Below, in pieces: positions 8,070 to 17,878 of a DNA stretch of 32,000 nucleotides. This stretch comes from Ruminococcus albus 7 = DSM 20455 (lineage in GTDB: Bacteria > Bacillota > Clostridia > Oscillospirales > Ruminococcaceae). The position numbers and the translations under genes were made by a program. The stretch spans positions 2,010,001 to 2,042,000 of the forward strand of contig NC_014833.1 in NCBI RefSeq assembly GCF_000179635.2, in the 5' to 3' direction. A model generated the notes under the pieces. It was not told where the DNA came from, searched no databases, and saw only the letters and a program-made list of their open reading frames with translations. Numbering within the stretch: position 1 is the first letter of the stretch; every line of letters begins with the position of its first letter.

Positions 8070-8891
8070 ATGTATATCTGTCCCGTATGTAAGAAAAAAC
8101 TTAATAGAGTAGGAAATTCATGGAAATGCTCCAACGGACACAGCTTTGATATAGCCCGCAAGGGTCATGTGAATCTTCTTACGACAGCAAAGCATAATCC
8201 TAAGACTGCCGGTGATAATGCCGACATGGTAAAGGCGCGAACGGAATTTCTTGATAAAGGTTATTATCTGCCTTTAGCTGAAAAACTTCGTGAAGTCGCA
8301 GGTAATGTGCTGCAAGGCGAAAAATCTCCTGTCATCATCGACAGCGGCTGCGGTGAGGGCTTTTATACCGCTGAACTCTCTAAGCTTGAAAACGCCCGTA
8401 TCTACGGCATCGATATCTCAAAACACGCTATAGCCCATTGTATGACAAGGGTTCATCTTGCGGGGATAACGAACTGTCAATTCGCTGCAGCATCTTCATT
8501 TGACCTGCCTTTTGCGGGTGATTCAGCTGATGCAATAATAAGTGTATTTGCACCTGTCTGTAACGATGAGTATGCTCGGGTGTTAAAAAAAGGCGGCACA
8601 CTTATTGTTGTTTCGCCTTCTCCACGGCACTTATTTGAATTAAAAGCAGCGGTTTACGATATGCCTTATGAAAACAAACCCAATGACTATCATCTTGATA
8701 AATTCAATAAAGGCACAGATACTGTTTTTGAATACAAAGCGCTTCTTTCATCACAGAAGGACATATTCGATCTCTTTATGATGACACCATACTTCTATAA
8801 AACATCCGAGGAGGGTATGGCTAGGTTGAGATCACTTGATACTATCGAGGTCACCTGCGGTTTTGTGATACAGGTATTTCTTAGTAGATAG
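8070..8891 (+). CDS. rlmA: 23S rRNA (guanine745-N1)-methyltransferase RlmA
   Basis: N-terminal Zn finger CPVC...CSNGH, SAM motif I DSGCGEGFY, and co-linear similarity to E. coli RrmA as I remember it. The start at 8070 (or 8064) follows AAAGGTG. The track start at 8022 falls inside the promoter. Confidence 0.85.
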   Translation: MYICPVCKKKLNRVGNSWKCSNGHSFDIARKGHVNLLTTAKHNPKTAGDNADMVKARTEFLDKGYYLPLAEKLREVAGNVLQGEKSPVIIDSGCGEGFYTAELSKLENARIYGIDISKHAIAHCMTRVHLAGITNCQFAAASSFDLPFAGDSADAIISVFAPVCNDEYARVLKKGGTLIVVSPSPRHLFELKAAVYDMPYENKPNDYHLDKFNKGTDTVFEYKALLSSQKDIFDLFMMTPYFYKTSEEGMARLRSLDTIEVTCGFVIQVFLSR

Positions 8892-8923
8892 CAGGTAATA
8901 TGTTATAGAAATGGGGGATAATT

Positions 8924-9895
8924 ATGGATAAGAAATTATTTTGCAAGGGTTATACGTGGGGATTTTTCAGCAGAGAGGGAGAACTACTGTCTGAAGAAGC
9001 CGAAAGATCCATGAAGCGCCTCGCATCGAATGGATTAGACTGGATATGCATAACTGTAAACGGCTGGCAGGAAACATTTTACAGCACAACGATCTTCTCG
9101 CTGTATGGTCTTACCCAGACCGATGAGGAGATCGCTCATGCAGTAAGTATGGCAAAGTCACTTGGTCTGAAAGTATGCCTTAAACCAATGGTGAACTGCC
9201 TTGATCGCTCGTGGCGTGCCAGAATAGATTTTCCCAGTGAGGAAGGAAGCGGTTATTGGGAAAAATGGTTCACTTCATATAACAGGTTCATGGTGTACTA
9301 TGCTAAAATGGCAGAAAAACTTGGCTGTGAAATGCTATGTACAGGATGTGAGATGGCTGGCATGGATAAGCAGAGTGATCGCTGCCGTTACATGATAAAA
9401 AAAGTCAGGGATGTTTACAGTGGTATCATCATGCATAATATCAATCACGGTGATGAACTTAGGTTTGAATGGCTTGGTGATGTTGATGTCATCGGTATAA
9501 GCGGTTATTATCCTGTTACAGATGCTGCAAACAGAAGCATCGACTTTATGCGTAAGCGATGGTCAGAGGTAGTTTTACGTCTTGAGAAATGTCATGAAAA
9601 ATATAACAGACCTATAATGTTTGCAGAGATTGGTGTTCGTAATGAACAGGGATGTTCTTCTTACCCATGGGATTTCCTTTATCGGTCGGAGAAACCGGTT
9701 GATGAACAGGAGCAATCTGATTTTTATGAGAGTGCCATGGAAGCGACCTGGGATATTCCCTGGTTCTGCGGCTACTTCTGGTGGGACTGGAAAGCTGTTA
9801 TTCCTGCGGAAGAAAAAGCTAAGGATAATCGTGATTTTACCATATACGGTAAACTGGCTGAGAAAACTCTCAGAAAATGGTATACTGAAAAATAA
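8924..9895 (+). CDS. Putative cytoplasmic glycoside hydrolase, clan GH-A TIM-barrel (GH113-like)
   Basis: No signal peptide. Pattern GLDWICITV...LKVCLKP...CTGCEMAG...FAEIGV resembles (beta/alpha)8 GH-A enzymes with two catalytic Glu. The family assignment is from memory only. Confidence 0.55.
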   Translation: MDKKLFCKGYTWGFFSREGELLSEEAERSMKRLASNGLDWICITVNGWQETFYSTTIFSLYGLTQTDEEIAHAVSMAKSLGLKVCLKPMVNCLDRSWRARIDFPSEEGSGYWEKWFTSYNRFMVYYAKMAEKLGCEMLCTGCEMAGMDKQSDRCRYMIKKVRDVYSGIIMHNINHGDELRFEWLGDVDVIGISGYYPVTDAANRSIDFMRKRWSEVVLRLEKCHEKYNRPIMFAEIGVRNEQGCSSYPWDFLYRSEKPVDEQEQSDFYESAMEATWDIPWFCGYFWWDWKAVIPAEEKAKDNRDFTIYGKLAEKTLRKWYTEK

Positions 9896-9904
9896 TATCA
9901 AGAA

Positions 9905-9940
9905 AGCTGTCCTGCGAATGAACCGCAAGGCAGCTTTATA
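9905..9940 (+). terminator. Putative terminator of the glycoside hydrolase gene
   Basis: Imperfect 12-bp hairpin AGCTGTCCTGCG / CGCAAGGCAGCT followed by TTTATACTT. Confidence 0.4.
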
Positions 9941-9960
9941 CTTATGAATAATAATAAAAA

Positions 9961-9985
9961 GAGCTGACCGTCAAACGGTCAGCCC
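9961..9985 (-). terminator. Rho-independent terminator of purA
   Basis: Stem GCTGACCGT / ACGGTCAGC (9963-9971 / 9975-9983) with a T-run on the - strand. Confidence 0.6.
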
Positions 9986-9997
9986 CTTGTGTGTATC

Positions 9998-11290
9998 TTA
10001 TTTGCTCAGCTTGGATTCTCTCATGATGATATCCTCTCTCTTAGGACCGTTGGATACCATTGTGATAGGGAAGCCGATCTGCTGCTCTACAAATTCTATG
10101 TACTTGCGGCAATTTTCGGGAAGATCCTCATACTTGCGTATACCGCCGATGTCGGTCTTCCAGCCGTCCAGAACTTCCAGAACGGGCTTAGCTTTCTCAA
10201 GCTTGCCTGTGGTTGGGAAGTCTGTTGTGACCTTACCGTCGATCTCATAACCAACGCATACAGGTATCTTGTCAAGGTAGCCGAGTGCATCAACAACTGT
10301 AAAAGCAACATCGGTAGTACCCTGGATACGGCAGCCGTACTTGGAAGCTACACAGTCAAACCATCCCATTCTTCTGGGTCTGCCTGTTGTTGCACCGTAT
10401 TCACCCTTGTCTCCGCCGCGCTTTCTGAGTTCTTCAGCTTCGTCACCGAATATCTCCGATACAAATGCACCCGCGCCTACTGCAGAAGAATATGCCTTAC
10501 ATACAGTTACGATCTTCTTTATCTCATAGGGAGGTATACCGGCACCGATAGCGCCGTAAGCAGCCAATGTTGAAGAAGAAGTTACCATAGGATAAATACC
10601 GTGGTCAGGATCCTTCAGTGAACCAAGCTGACCTTCAAGCAGTATATTCTTGCCTTCCTTGATAGCATTCCAAAGATATGCAGAAACATCGCATACATAA
10701 GGCTCTACCATTTTCTTGTATTCCATCATAGTGTTGAACAGCTCGTTCTCATCTATGGCAGGCTTGTTGTACATATACTTCAGCAGGATATTCTTCTGCT
10801 CCAGTACTCTGTGGATCTTTTCTTTAAGCGCATCTTCATCGAAAAGCTCCTGAACCTGGAAACCGATCTTAGCATACTTATCAGAATAAAAAGGTGCAAT
10901 ACCGGATTTAGTAGAACCAAAACTTGCCTTGCCGAGTCTTTCTTCCTCGAATTTATCAAAATCAATGTGGTAAGGCATTATCATCTGAACTCTGTCGGAT
11001 ATAAGCAGCTTGGGCATAGGTACACCCTGAGATGTTACTTCGTTAAGTTCCTTGAAAAACTTGGGTATATCAAAAGCTACACCGTTGCCGATGATATTTG
11101 TAGTGTGATCATAGAATATGCCCGACGGGAGAGTGTGGAGTGCAAACCTGCCATAGTGATTGTGTATGGTATGACCTGCGTTTGCGCCGCCCTGAAATCT
11201 TATTACGATATCAGACTCCTGCGCCATCATGTCCGTGAGCTTTCCCTTGCCTTCGTCGCCCCAGTTTGCGCCAACAATTGCTCTTACCAT
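9998..11290 (-). CDS. purA: Adenylosuccinate synthase
   Basis: GDEGKGK P-loop, GGANAGHT, TTGRPRR and full-length family pattern. AAGGAGGA SD. Confidence 0.97.
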   Translation of the reverse strand: MVRAIVGANWGDEGKGKLTDMMAQESDIVIRFQGGANAGHTIHNHYGRFALHTLPSGIFYDHTTNIIGNGVAFDIPKFFKELNEVTSQGVPMPKLLISDRVQMIMPYHIDFDKFEEERLGKASFGSTKSGIAPFYSDKYAKIGFQVQELFDEDALKEKIHRVLEQKNILLKYMYNKPAIDENELFNTMMEYKKMVEPYVCDVSAYLWNAIKEGKNILLEGQLGSLKDPDHGIYPMVTSSSTLAAYGAIGAGIPPYEIKKIVTVCKAYSSAVGAGAFVSEIFGDEAEELRKRGGDKGEYGATTGRPRRMGWFDCVASKYGCRIQGTTDVAFTVVDALGYLDKIPVCVGYEIDGKVTTDFPTTGKLEKAKPVLEVLDGWKTDIGGIRKYEDLPENCRKYIEFVEQQIGFPITMVSNGPKREDIIMRESKLSK

Positions 11291-11383
11291 TTGTAAATTT
11301 CCTCCTTGCTGTTAAGCGGGATCATGTATAAATTAAGGATTTAGCGTGCTGCTATGTGAAAATCTCCATACCAACACCAATAT

Positions 11384-11412
11384 ATTATAGCACATAATTC
11401 CTTGCTTGTAAA
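11384..11412 (-). promoter_or_regulatory. Putative sigma-A promoter of purA
   Basis: On the - strand: TTTACA, 17 nt, TATAAT preceded by TGc. Confidence 0.5.
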
Positions 11413-11491
11413 CACCTGATTCAATTTTTAACATTTTCATAATATTTTTCTGATGAATGTGTGATGCTAAGAAAAAAATTTCCAAAAAGCC

Positions 11492-11520
11492 TTGCAAAAT
11501 TCGCCGTGTTATATTATAAT
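11492..11520 (+). promoter_or_regulatory. Putative sigma-A promoter of the 11614 lipoprotein gene
   Basis: TTGCAA (11492-11497), 17 nt, TATAAT (11515-11520). Confidence 0.5.
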
Positions 11521-11613
11521 AGTATTTGGCTATATAATGAACGTCTTATAAATAATCATGCTATTTTTATGCAGTACGATCCAGATGTTGACTGCATTTT
11601 AAGGAGAGAATAA

Positions 11614-12747
11614 ATGAGATCACATATTATGACAGCACTGCTCCTTTCGGGTATGCTTATTATGTCGCTTACCGGCTGCTCTCAGAAAAAAGGGGAAAAC
11701 ACCGGTAAAGAGACTGCATCCTCAGCTAAAGAAACTAAGGCAGTAGCTGATAAGGTAGAATTAAAAAACTATCAGTTCCCGGATTTCTTAAATGAGATAA
11801 AGCAACCTGATCCTCTCAGCAGCCCTGTATATTCCAGTTTTGTTTTATCTGATTATGTCAGTACGGTACAAGAACAGCCTTTTGAAGACTACGAATGCAC
11901 AGAGAAAATAGGAAACAGTCTTTATGTTTACAGTGACGGCAAGTATAAAGGGTTATTGAATGGCGATGGTAAAGTTCTTCTGAAAGCAGATACATATACT
12001 TCCATCAGCCTTTGCAAGCCCGGAACCCTTGTTCTTTCAAGAGATAAAGAGCTTAATGCTCCTGATGAATACTTCTCCTATAACGGGTTGGGGATTGTTA
12101 GTCCGGTTGACCCGCCGGATTTTAAATCCGAGAATATTGCTGTCACAGAGGATACACGGCTTAAACCTGCCGATAATGAAGAAAATGATGGTTCAAGCAA
12201 GGTTTATAATCTTTCAGTTGATGAAAATAAGATCGTAGGAGAAGGATCTTATTATATTGATTGGGATAAGGTCGAAAGCATTTCAGCACAAGCTATAAAC
12301 ACATCACGCCCCTATAGTGCATATTACAGGGTGCAGAAAAGCGATGAGATATACTATATATGTTTTGATCGATTCTATAACTATACTGTTTACAACGGTG
12401 CCTATGGCTTCGTAAGGGTCAAAGTCGGAGACAGCTTCGGTGGATGTTATATACTGGATCATGATGACTATTCTGAATTGAACAAGCTTATAAAAAGCTT
12501 CGGTGATTCCGGTCAGCTCAGGTCACCCAGCAAGGATACCGGTCTTGACTATGTTCAGATCGAAACAGGATACGGAACAGATGATGTTGTTACCATGACT
12601 GTTTCTGCAGATGGTTACTGTCTTACAGATCACAACAGCAGCAGTGAAAGTCTGCCTGAAAAATATTTTTCAATATTAGATAAGGAAAGCTTTGTAAGTC
12701 TGGTAAATTGGGTAGACCAGGTACTTTCGGCTGAATACAAAAAATGA
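11614..12747 (+). CDS. Lipoprotein, function unknown
   Basis: Signal peptide with lipobox LTGC (MRSHIMTALLLSGMLIMSLTGCS). AAGGAGAG SD. Confidence 0.7.
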   Translation: MRSHIMTALLLSGMLIMSLTGCSQKKGENTGKETASSAKETKAVADKVELKNYQFPDFLNEIKQPDPLSSPVYSSFVLSDYVSTVQEQPFEDYECTEKIGNSLYVYSDGKYKGLLNGDGKVLLKADTYTSISLCKPGTLVLSRDKELNAPDEYFSYNGLGIVSPVDPPDFKSENIAVTEDTRLKPADNEENDGSSKVYNLSVDENKIVGEGSYYIDWDKVESISAQAINTSRPYSAYYRVQKSDEIYYICFDRFYNYTVYNGAYGFVRVKVGDSFGGCYILDHDDYSELNKLIKSFGDSGQLRSPSKDTGLDYVQIETGYGTDDVVTMTVSADGYCLTDHNSSSESLPEKYFSILDKESFVSLVNWVDQVLSAEYKK

Positions 12748-12757
12748 TGACTGATTT

Positions 12758-12790
12758 TGCAGGAAAATGCATTTTTTCCTGCAAAATTTT
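12758..12790 (+). terminator. Rho-independent terminator
   Basis: Stem TGCAGGAAAA / TTTTCCTGCA followed by AAATTTT. Confidence 0.6.
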
Positions 12791-12811
12791 CTGCTTTAAG
12801 CGTAATAAGCA

Positions 12812-12840
12812 TTGACAAGTACGTTTTGTTGTGCTATTAT
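12812..12840 (+). promoter_or_regulatory. Putative sigma-A promoter of uppP
   Basis: TTGACA (12812-12817), 17 nt, TATTAT (12835-12840). Confidence 0.5.
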
Positions 12841-12963
12841 AATAGTTGCAGGTCTTTTGGAAGTGACAATTTCAGTATTTTATTTCGTGTAAATGAAAGT
12901 GTTTTCAACAGATCTGCATTTAGATAAAGCCGTGGTTACGGCGAGTGTTATTTGGAGGAACAA

Positions 12964-13845
12964 ATGAGTTTATTTGACGCGATTGTACAGGGTATACTTC
13001 AGGGTTTGACGGAATTTCTGCCGGTTTCCAGTTCGGGACATATCTCGCTGTATCAGCATTTTACCGGTAATAATGGTGATAACGCATTGGTTTTTCTGGC
13101 TGTATTGCATCTTGGTACACTTTTGGCAATATTTATAGCTTTCAGAAAAGATATATTTGAACTGATCAAAGAACTGGGTAATATTTTCGTAGATCTCCGC
13201 AAGCGCAGGTTTACCTTCAAAGATATGAATCCTCAGCGTCGTATGATATTTATGCTGATATTATCATGTCTTTGCCTTGCGCCTTTTGCACCTTTCAAGG
13301 ACTGGTTTGAATCTATCGAAAAAGATCACTCTATTTTTGCAGAGGGTCTCTGTTTCCTTTACACGGGTTCTATACTGTTCATGTCTGACAGATGCACCAA
13401 AGGAAATAAGAAGGCAGGGGATATCAAAGTCAAGGATTCTGTAACTATAGGTCTTTTTCAGGGTGTGGCACTTCTTCCAGGTGTATCAAGATCGGGTTCT
13501 ACAATTTCCGCAGGACTGTTCTCAGGTTTCTCACGTGAAACCGCTGTAAAGTATTCTTTTATACTTGGAATACCCGTTACGTTCCTCAGTTGTTTGCTGG
13601 AAGTAGTTGATTATATTAAAAAAGTTCACGGATCAAATGTCAATGTCGAAAAGGTTGGCTTTATCAACTGTGTTGTTGGATTTGTTGTAGCAGCAATAGT
13701 TGGTGTTCTTGCTATAAAAATGGTAAGCTGGCTGGTGAAGAGCGATAAGTTTAAGGTGTTTTCATACTACACCTTTGGTCTTGGCACAGTGGTGCTCATT
13801 ATCGCATTCATTGAATTCTGCATGGGTCATCCCATCCATTTCTGA
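12964..13845 (+). CDS. uppP: Undecaprenyl-diphosphate phosphatase
   Basis: Signature EFLPVSSSGH and PGVSRSGSTI, multi-TM protein. ATG at 12964 lies 5 nt after GGAGG. Confidence 0.93.
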   Translation: MSLFDAIVQGILQGLTEFLPVSSSGHISLYQHFTGNNGDNALVFLAVLHLGTLLAIFIAFRKDIFELIKELGNIFVDLRKRRFTFKDMNPQRRMIFMLILSCLCLAPFAPFKDWFESIEKDHSIFAEGLCFLYTGSILFMSDRCTKGNKKAGDIKVKDSVTIGLFQGVALLPGVSRSGSTISAGLFSGFSRETAVKYSFILGIPVTFLSCLLEVVDYIKKVHGSNVNVEKVGFINCVVGFVVAAIVGVLAIKMVSWLVKSDKFKVFSYYTFGLGTVVLIIAFIEFCMGHPIHF

Positions 13846-13972
13846 TAATTACATATCTGCGAAGAAGCTTGATGTTCGGGCGCGGCAGTAGCGCGGCTGT
13901 GATGATTCAGGCTTTTTGCAGTTATTTAAGCATACGTTTAATACTGTCTTATGATGAAAGGAAAGTGTTCAA

Positions 13973-16627
13973 ATGGCAGCAAATGCCTCGGGGAACAAAA
14001 CTGCCCCTTCCAAGACGGCTGCAAAAAAACAGACAGCTAAGGGCTCGCAGAAAGTGAGCAAGGCGGCTCAGGACGCACTCAGCGCTGCAAAGGAAAGAGA
14101 GTTCAGGCGATTCTGGTCATATATATTATTTTTCTGGGGCGTACTGGAGCTTTTTATCACGTTTATCAAGGGTGATGGCTTATGGCGTGCTCTGCATGAC
14201 CTTAATCGCGGCCTTTTTGGCATGGCTGTTTTTCTGTTTGCACCTATGATGATATATGTAGCGCTGATGATAGCTTCAAATACCAAGAAAAATACCGTTG
14301 TTGCCAAATGTGTAGAGGGCGGTGTGCTCATGCTGCTTTCAAGCGGCATTGTGCAGATACTTCAGGTCGGTTCTGTTCAGGGCGGCAGTTTTTTGAAAAA
14401 GCTCAAAGGACTTTATGATGATGGTGTTGTCCTTCGCGGCGGCGGACTTGCAAGTGCACTGCTGGGCTGGCCTCTTTTGGCTGCCTTCAAAAGACTTGGA
14501 GCTTCTATAATCATACTCCTTTTTACTTTTACGTTTATTCTTCTGCTTACTGACCTCACTCTTCCCCAGTTATTCAGATTGCTTTCCAAACCTTTTGTTG
14601 CATCTGTTGAAGCTGTTGCTTCTGACAGAGCAGAACGTATTGCTGCCAGACGCGAACGTGAGGCAATGTATTCGGAGAAAAGGCAGCAGTCTGTAAATGC
14701 ATCGAATTCGGCCAGACCGAGACTTGCCGCACCTGATGAGGAAGATGAACTCCCAAGACGCGGAAAGCAGAGAGTTGATTTTGCTAAATTTCTTCCTTCT
14801 GATGATAAGCCTGAAGATGAAGAACAGGAAATTGAAACGTCGGATATCAATGATCAGGATACAACTGATGAGATATTCGATCTTGCTGAGAATAAAGATC
14901 AGGATATCGTCGAGAAAGTTGATGATACTGATATACAGGATGATGAGGGTACCGATGAAGTTGAAGACAATGCGGCTCTGAAAAAGATAATCCAGGAGGC
15001 TGTAAGCAGAAAGCCTTCTACTGTGCAGGCTGTTGATGAAAAGGATGAACTTCCGAAGTCCGTCAATATAGACAGCAACGGTCAGACGACCATGTTTGAA
15101 GAGGATGAACAGATTCCTGTTTATGTTAATCCACCCGTTGACGTTCTTAAGTATCCTAAAAAGAAGATCGACAGGTCGGTCATCGAAGCTGAGATTCAGG
15201 AAAAATCACAGAAGCTTGTTGAAACACTGGAAGTATATGGTGTTAAGACACGTATCATAGGTATTTTCAGAGGCCCTTCTGTAACCAGGTATGAACTTCA
15301 GCCTGCCGCAGGTGTCAAAGTTGCCAAGATCATGAGCCTTGCTGATGATATTGCTCTTAATCTTGCTGCGCTGAGCATACGTATCGAAGCACCCGTACCG
15401 GGTAAACCCTGTGTAGGTATTGAGGTGCCTAATGATATCAGAGATCCTGTTTCGCTGCGAGAGCTTATCGATAGTGATGAGTACCGTAATGCAAAGGGCA
15501 AACTTACTTTTGCTGTTGGCAAGGATATAGAGGGCAAGATAGTTGTGGGCAATATCGCCAAAATGCCTCATCTGCTTGTAGCAGGTACTACAGGTTCGGG
15601 TAAATCCGTGTTTACGAACTCCATAATTCTCAGTGTGCTGTATCACGCGTCTCCTGAGGAAGTAAAGCTTATTCTCATAGATCCTAAGATGGTCGAATTC
15701 AAGCTTTATGATAAGATACCTCATCTGCTTATACCTGTTGTTACAGATCCTCTGAAAGCCGCAGGTGCACTTGGCTGGGCTGTAAATGAGATGAATAAAC
15801 GCTATAAAATGTTTGAAGCAAACAACGTTAAGAATCTCGAGGAATTCAATGAGATGCTCACAGCCGAGCATTCAAAGCCTGTTGATGAACAGGATCCTGT
15901 TTTTGCAAAGATGAAGCTTATGCCACAGATACTTATAGTTATCGATGAGTTTGCCGATCTTATGATGGCAGCGGGCAGTGAGGTCGAAGATTCTGTTATA
16001 AGGCTTGGACAGCTTGCACGTGCCGCCGGTATACATATGGTAATAGCAACTCAGTCACCAAGAAAGGACGTTATTACCGGACTTATAAAATCCAATATAC
16101 CATCTCGTGTATCCCTGAGCGTATCCAGTAATGTAGATTCACGCGTTATCATGGATGCTGGAGGAGCTGAGAAGCTTCTTGGCAACGGTGATCTCCTATA
16201 TAAACCTGTTGGTGTCAAGACACCTATACGTATACAATCGGGTTTTGCTGATACTCCTGAGATCAAATCCGTGGTTGAGTTCCTGAAAAGTGAACATTCC
16301 GCTGAATATAGTGCAGATATCATGGCTGAGGTAGAGGAAAATATGCCTAAGCCCAAGGAAGATAAAAAGAACAGCGGTAAAGATGTCGAGGAAGTTATCA
16401 TTAATCCTGATGATGATCTGATCGATCAGGCTATCACAGTCATCGTACAGACGGGTAATGCTTCTACTTCATATCTCCAGCGTAAGCTTAAACTTGGATT
16501 TTCAAGAGCCTCGCGTATTATGGATCAGATCGAGGAAATGGGCATAATTGGTCCTCAGGAAGGCGCTAAGCCGCGCAAGATCAATCTGACCGAGGAAGAA
16601 TGGCTTGAAATGCGTGCGAGAAGATAG
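13973..16627 (+). CDS. ftsK: DNA translocase FtsK/SpoIIIE
   Basis: N-terminal TM segments and an acidic low-complexity linker. Motor domain has Walker A GTTGSGKS and Walker B LIVIDEFADL. C-terminal gamma winged-helix domain (YLQRKLKLGFSRASRIMDQIEEMGIIGP). Confidence 0.95.
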   Translation: MAANASGNKTAPSKTAAKKQTAKGSQKVSKAAQDALSAAKEREFRRFWSYILFFWGVLELFITFIKGDGLWRALHDLNRGLFGMAVFLFAPMMIYVALMIASNTKKNTVVAKCVEGGVLMLLSSGIVQILQVGSVQGGSFLKKLKGLYDDGVVLRGGGLASALLGWPLLAAFKRLGASIIILLFTFTFILLLTDLTLPQLFRLLSKPFVASVEAVASDRAERIAARREREAMYSEKRQQSVNASNSARPRLAAPDEEDELPRRGKQRVDFAKFLPSDDKPEDEEQEIETSDINDQDTTDEIFDLAENKDQDIVEKVDDTDIQDDEGTDEVEDNAALKKIIQEAVSRKPSTVQAVDEKDELPKSVNIDSNGQTTMFEEDEQIPVYVNPPVDVLKYPKKKIDRSVIEAEIQEKSQKLVETLEVYGVKTRIIGIFRGPSVTRYELQPAAGVKVAKIMSLADDIALNLAALSIRIEAPVPGKPCVGIEVPNDIRDPVSLRELIDSDEYRNAKGKLTFAVGKDIEGKIVVGNIAKMPHLLVAGTTGSGKSVFTNSIILSVLYHASPEEVKLILIDPKMVEFKLYDKIPHLLIPVVTDPLKAAGALGWAVNEMNKRYKMFEANNVKNLEEFNEMLTAEHSKPVDEQDPVFAKMKLMPQILIVIDEFADLMMAAGSEVEDSVIRLGQLARAAGIHMVIATQSPRKDVITGLIKSNIPSRVSLSVSSNVDSRVIMDAGGAEKLLGNGDLLYKPVGVKTPIRIQSGFADTPEIKSVVEFLKSEHSAEYSADIMAEVEENMPKPKEDKKNSGKDVEEVIINPDDDLIDQAITVIVQTGNASTSYLQRKLKLGFSRASRIMDQIEEMGIIGPQEGAKPRKINLTEEEWLEMRARR

Positions 16628-16637
16628 GTGCATAACA

Positions 16638-17621
16638 ATGTCTGTAAGTTCTACTAAGAAAAAAACATCTGCAAAGACCCGTTCTGCAAAGAACAGGAGG
16701 CTTTCGCTGAGACAGAGAGCAAGGCTGATAATACTTGTGCTTTTACTCTTCGCTGCTGGAGTTTTGTGTCTGCTACATTATACAGGGCTTATCTCTGTGC
16801 AGGATGTGCTGGTAAAACTTGGTCTTGCAGACCGTCCTGCTACCAGAGCTGATCTTGAGGTACACTTTATCGATGTAGGTCAGGGCGACAGTATACTTGT
16901 AGCTTCTCAGGGGCAGATAATGCTCATTGACAGCGGTGAGCGTGATGACAGTAATGCTGTAGAGTCTTATCTTATAAGGCACGGAATACATCATATAGAT
17001 CGTCTTATTGCTACACACCCTCATTCCGATCACATCGGTGAGATGGCTGAGATAATATACACCTTCGATGTTGATGAATTTATGATGCCTCGGATACCTG
17101 ATGCTTATGTACCAACAACCAAGTGCTATGAAGATATGCTTAATGCTATCAATGTAAGGGATGTAGATGTGATGCCTCCTGAGGATATTTCATTTGAACT
17201 GGGCTGCTGTCAGGTAAATGTGTATACTTCTGATATCAAGGATTCTGAAAATCTGAATAACTATTCGCTGATCGTCAAGGTCAAGCATGGCAATAACAGT
17301 TTTCTGTTCACGGGTGACTGCGAAAATGAAGAAGAAATGTCGCTGCTGAAAAAAGGTGTGGATCTTAGGGCTAAGGTACTTAAAGCAGGACACCACGGAA
17401 GCAGTACTTCTTCGTCGGCTGATTTCCTTGATGCCGTAGATCCCGCATACGCTGTGATCTCATGCGGCAAGGTCAATGATTACGGTCATCCCCATGAAGA
17501 AACTGTCAGACGTATATCAAAATATGCAAGACAGACTTATATCACAGCAAGGGACGGCACTGTAGTATTTGTTTCGGATGGAGATGGTCTTTCGGTGGAA
17601 TTATCAGGTGATAAAAAATGA
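16638..17621 (+). CDS. Membrane-anchored MBL-fold hydrolase, ComEC/Rec2 C-terminal-domain-like
   Basis: One N-terminal TM helix, HFIDVGQGDS, and the HxHxDH motif THPHSDHIGE. ATG at 16638 is 10 nt after the ftsK stop. Confidence 0.8.
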   Translation: MSVSSTKKKTSAKTRSAKNRRLSLRQRARLIILVLLLFAAGVLCLLHYTGLISVQDVLVKLGLADRPATRADLEVHFIDVGQGDSILVASQGQIMLIDSGERDDSNAVESYLIRHGIHHIDRLIATHPHSDHIGEMAEIIYTFDVDEFMMPRIPDAYVPTTKCYEDMLNAINVRDVDVMPPEDISFELGCCQVNVYTSDIKDSENLNNYSLIVKVKHGNNSFLFTGDCENEEEMSLLKKGVDLRAKVLKAGHHGSSTSSSADFLDAVDPAYAVISCGKVNDYGHPHEETVRRISKYARQTYITARDGTVVFVSDGDGLSVELSGDKK

Positions 17622-17863
17622 TTTTTACTGTAGACAGGATCGAAGGTTCGTTTGCTGTATGTGAGGACAGTAACGGAGATATGGTCAATATTCATCTTGA
17701 TAAACTTCCCGTTGAGGTACGATCGGGTGATATCCTGAATCTGAGTGATGGACAGTTTCTGCTTGAAAGATCAGCGGCGGATAAACGCCGCAATAAATTA
17801 TCAGCATTACAGGATAAGGTGCTGAATAAATGTACTGAGCGCTCTGATCGCAGTACACATTGA
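17618..17863 (+). CDS. DUF3006 domain protein
   Basis: N-terminus FTVDRIEGSFAVCEDSNGDMVNI is typical of DUF3006. Its ATG overlaps the upstream TGA (ATGA), suggesting translational coupling with the MBL gene. Confidence 0.7.
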   Translation: MIFTVDRIEGSFAVCEDSNGDMVNIHLDKLPVEVRSGDILNLSDGQFLLERSAADKRRNKLSALQDKVLNKCTERSDRSTH

Positions 17864-17878
17864 AATGGAGTGATAGTA

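Noticed and set aside
9989-10573. 194-aa + strand ORF (similar shadow ORFs at 10811-11296, 5319-5843, 15206-15871, 14413-14850, 18623-19234, 31173-31802, 30544-30927)
   Set aside because: Each lies antisense inside a gene with clear family motifs (purA, radical SAM, ftsK, BaiN-like, prs, GNAT). None shows an SD or a recognisable domain.
11291-11383. Possible purine riboswitch in the roughly 95-nt purA 5'UTR
   Set aside because: I could not find the conserved purine-riboswitch core (UAUAAU...GGAUAUGG...CCGUAAA...CUAC) or a three-way junction. There is no attenuator hairpin before the SD.
11569-11600. 7-bp hairpin (ATGCAGT / ACTGCAT) plus TTTT just before the SD of the 11614 lipoprotein gene
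   Set aside because: The stem is short and AT-containing, with a 15-nt loop and only four T residues. That is too weak to call an attenuator or riboswitch expression platform.
12894-12967. 24-codon uORF ending in a TGA that overlaps the uppP start
   Set aside because: No SD precedes its ATG and no associated attenuator structure is visible.
14700-15000. Acidic low-complexity stretch that looked repeat-like (GAT/GAA-rich)
   Set aside because: It is in frame within ftsK and corresponds to the usual variable linker between the membrane and motor domains. It has no regular nucleotide periodicity or spacer-repeat architecture.
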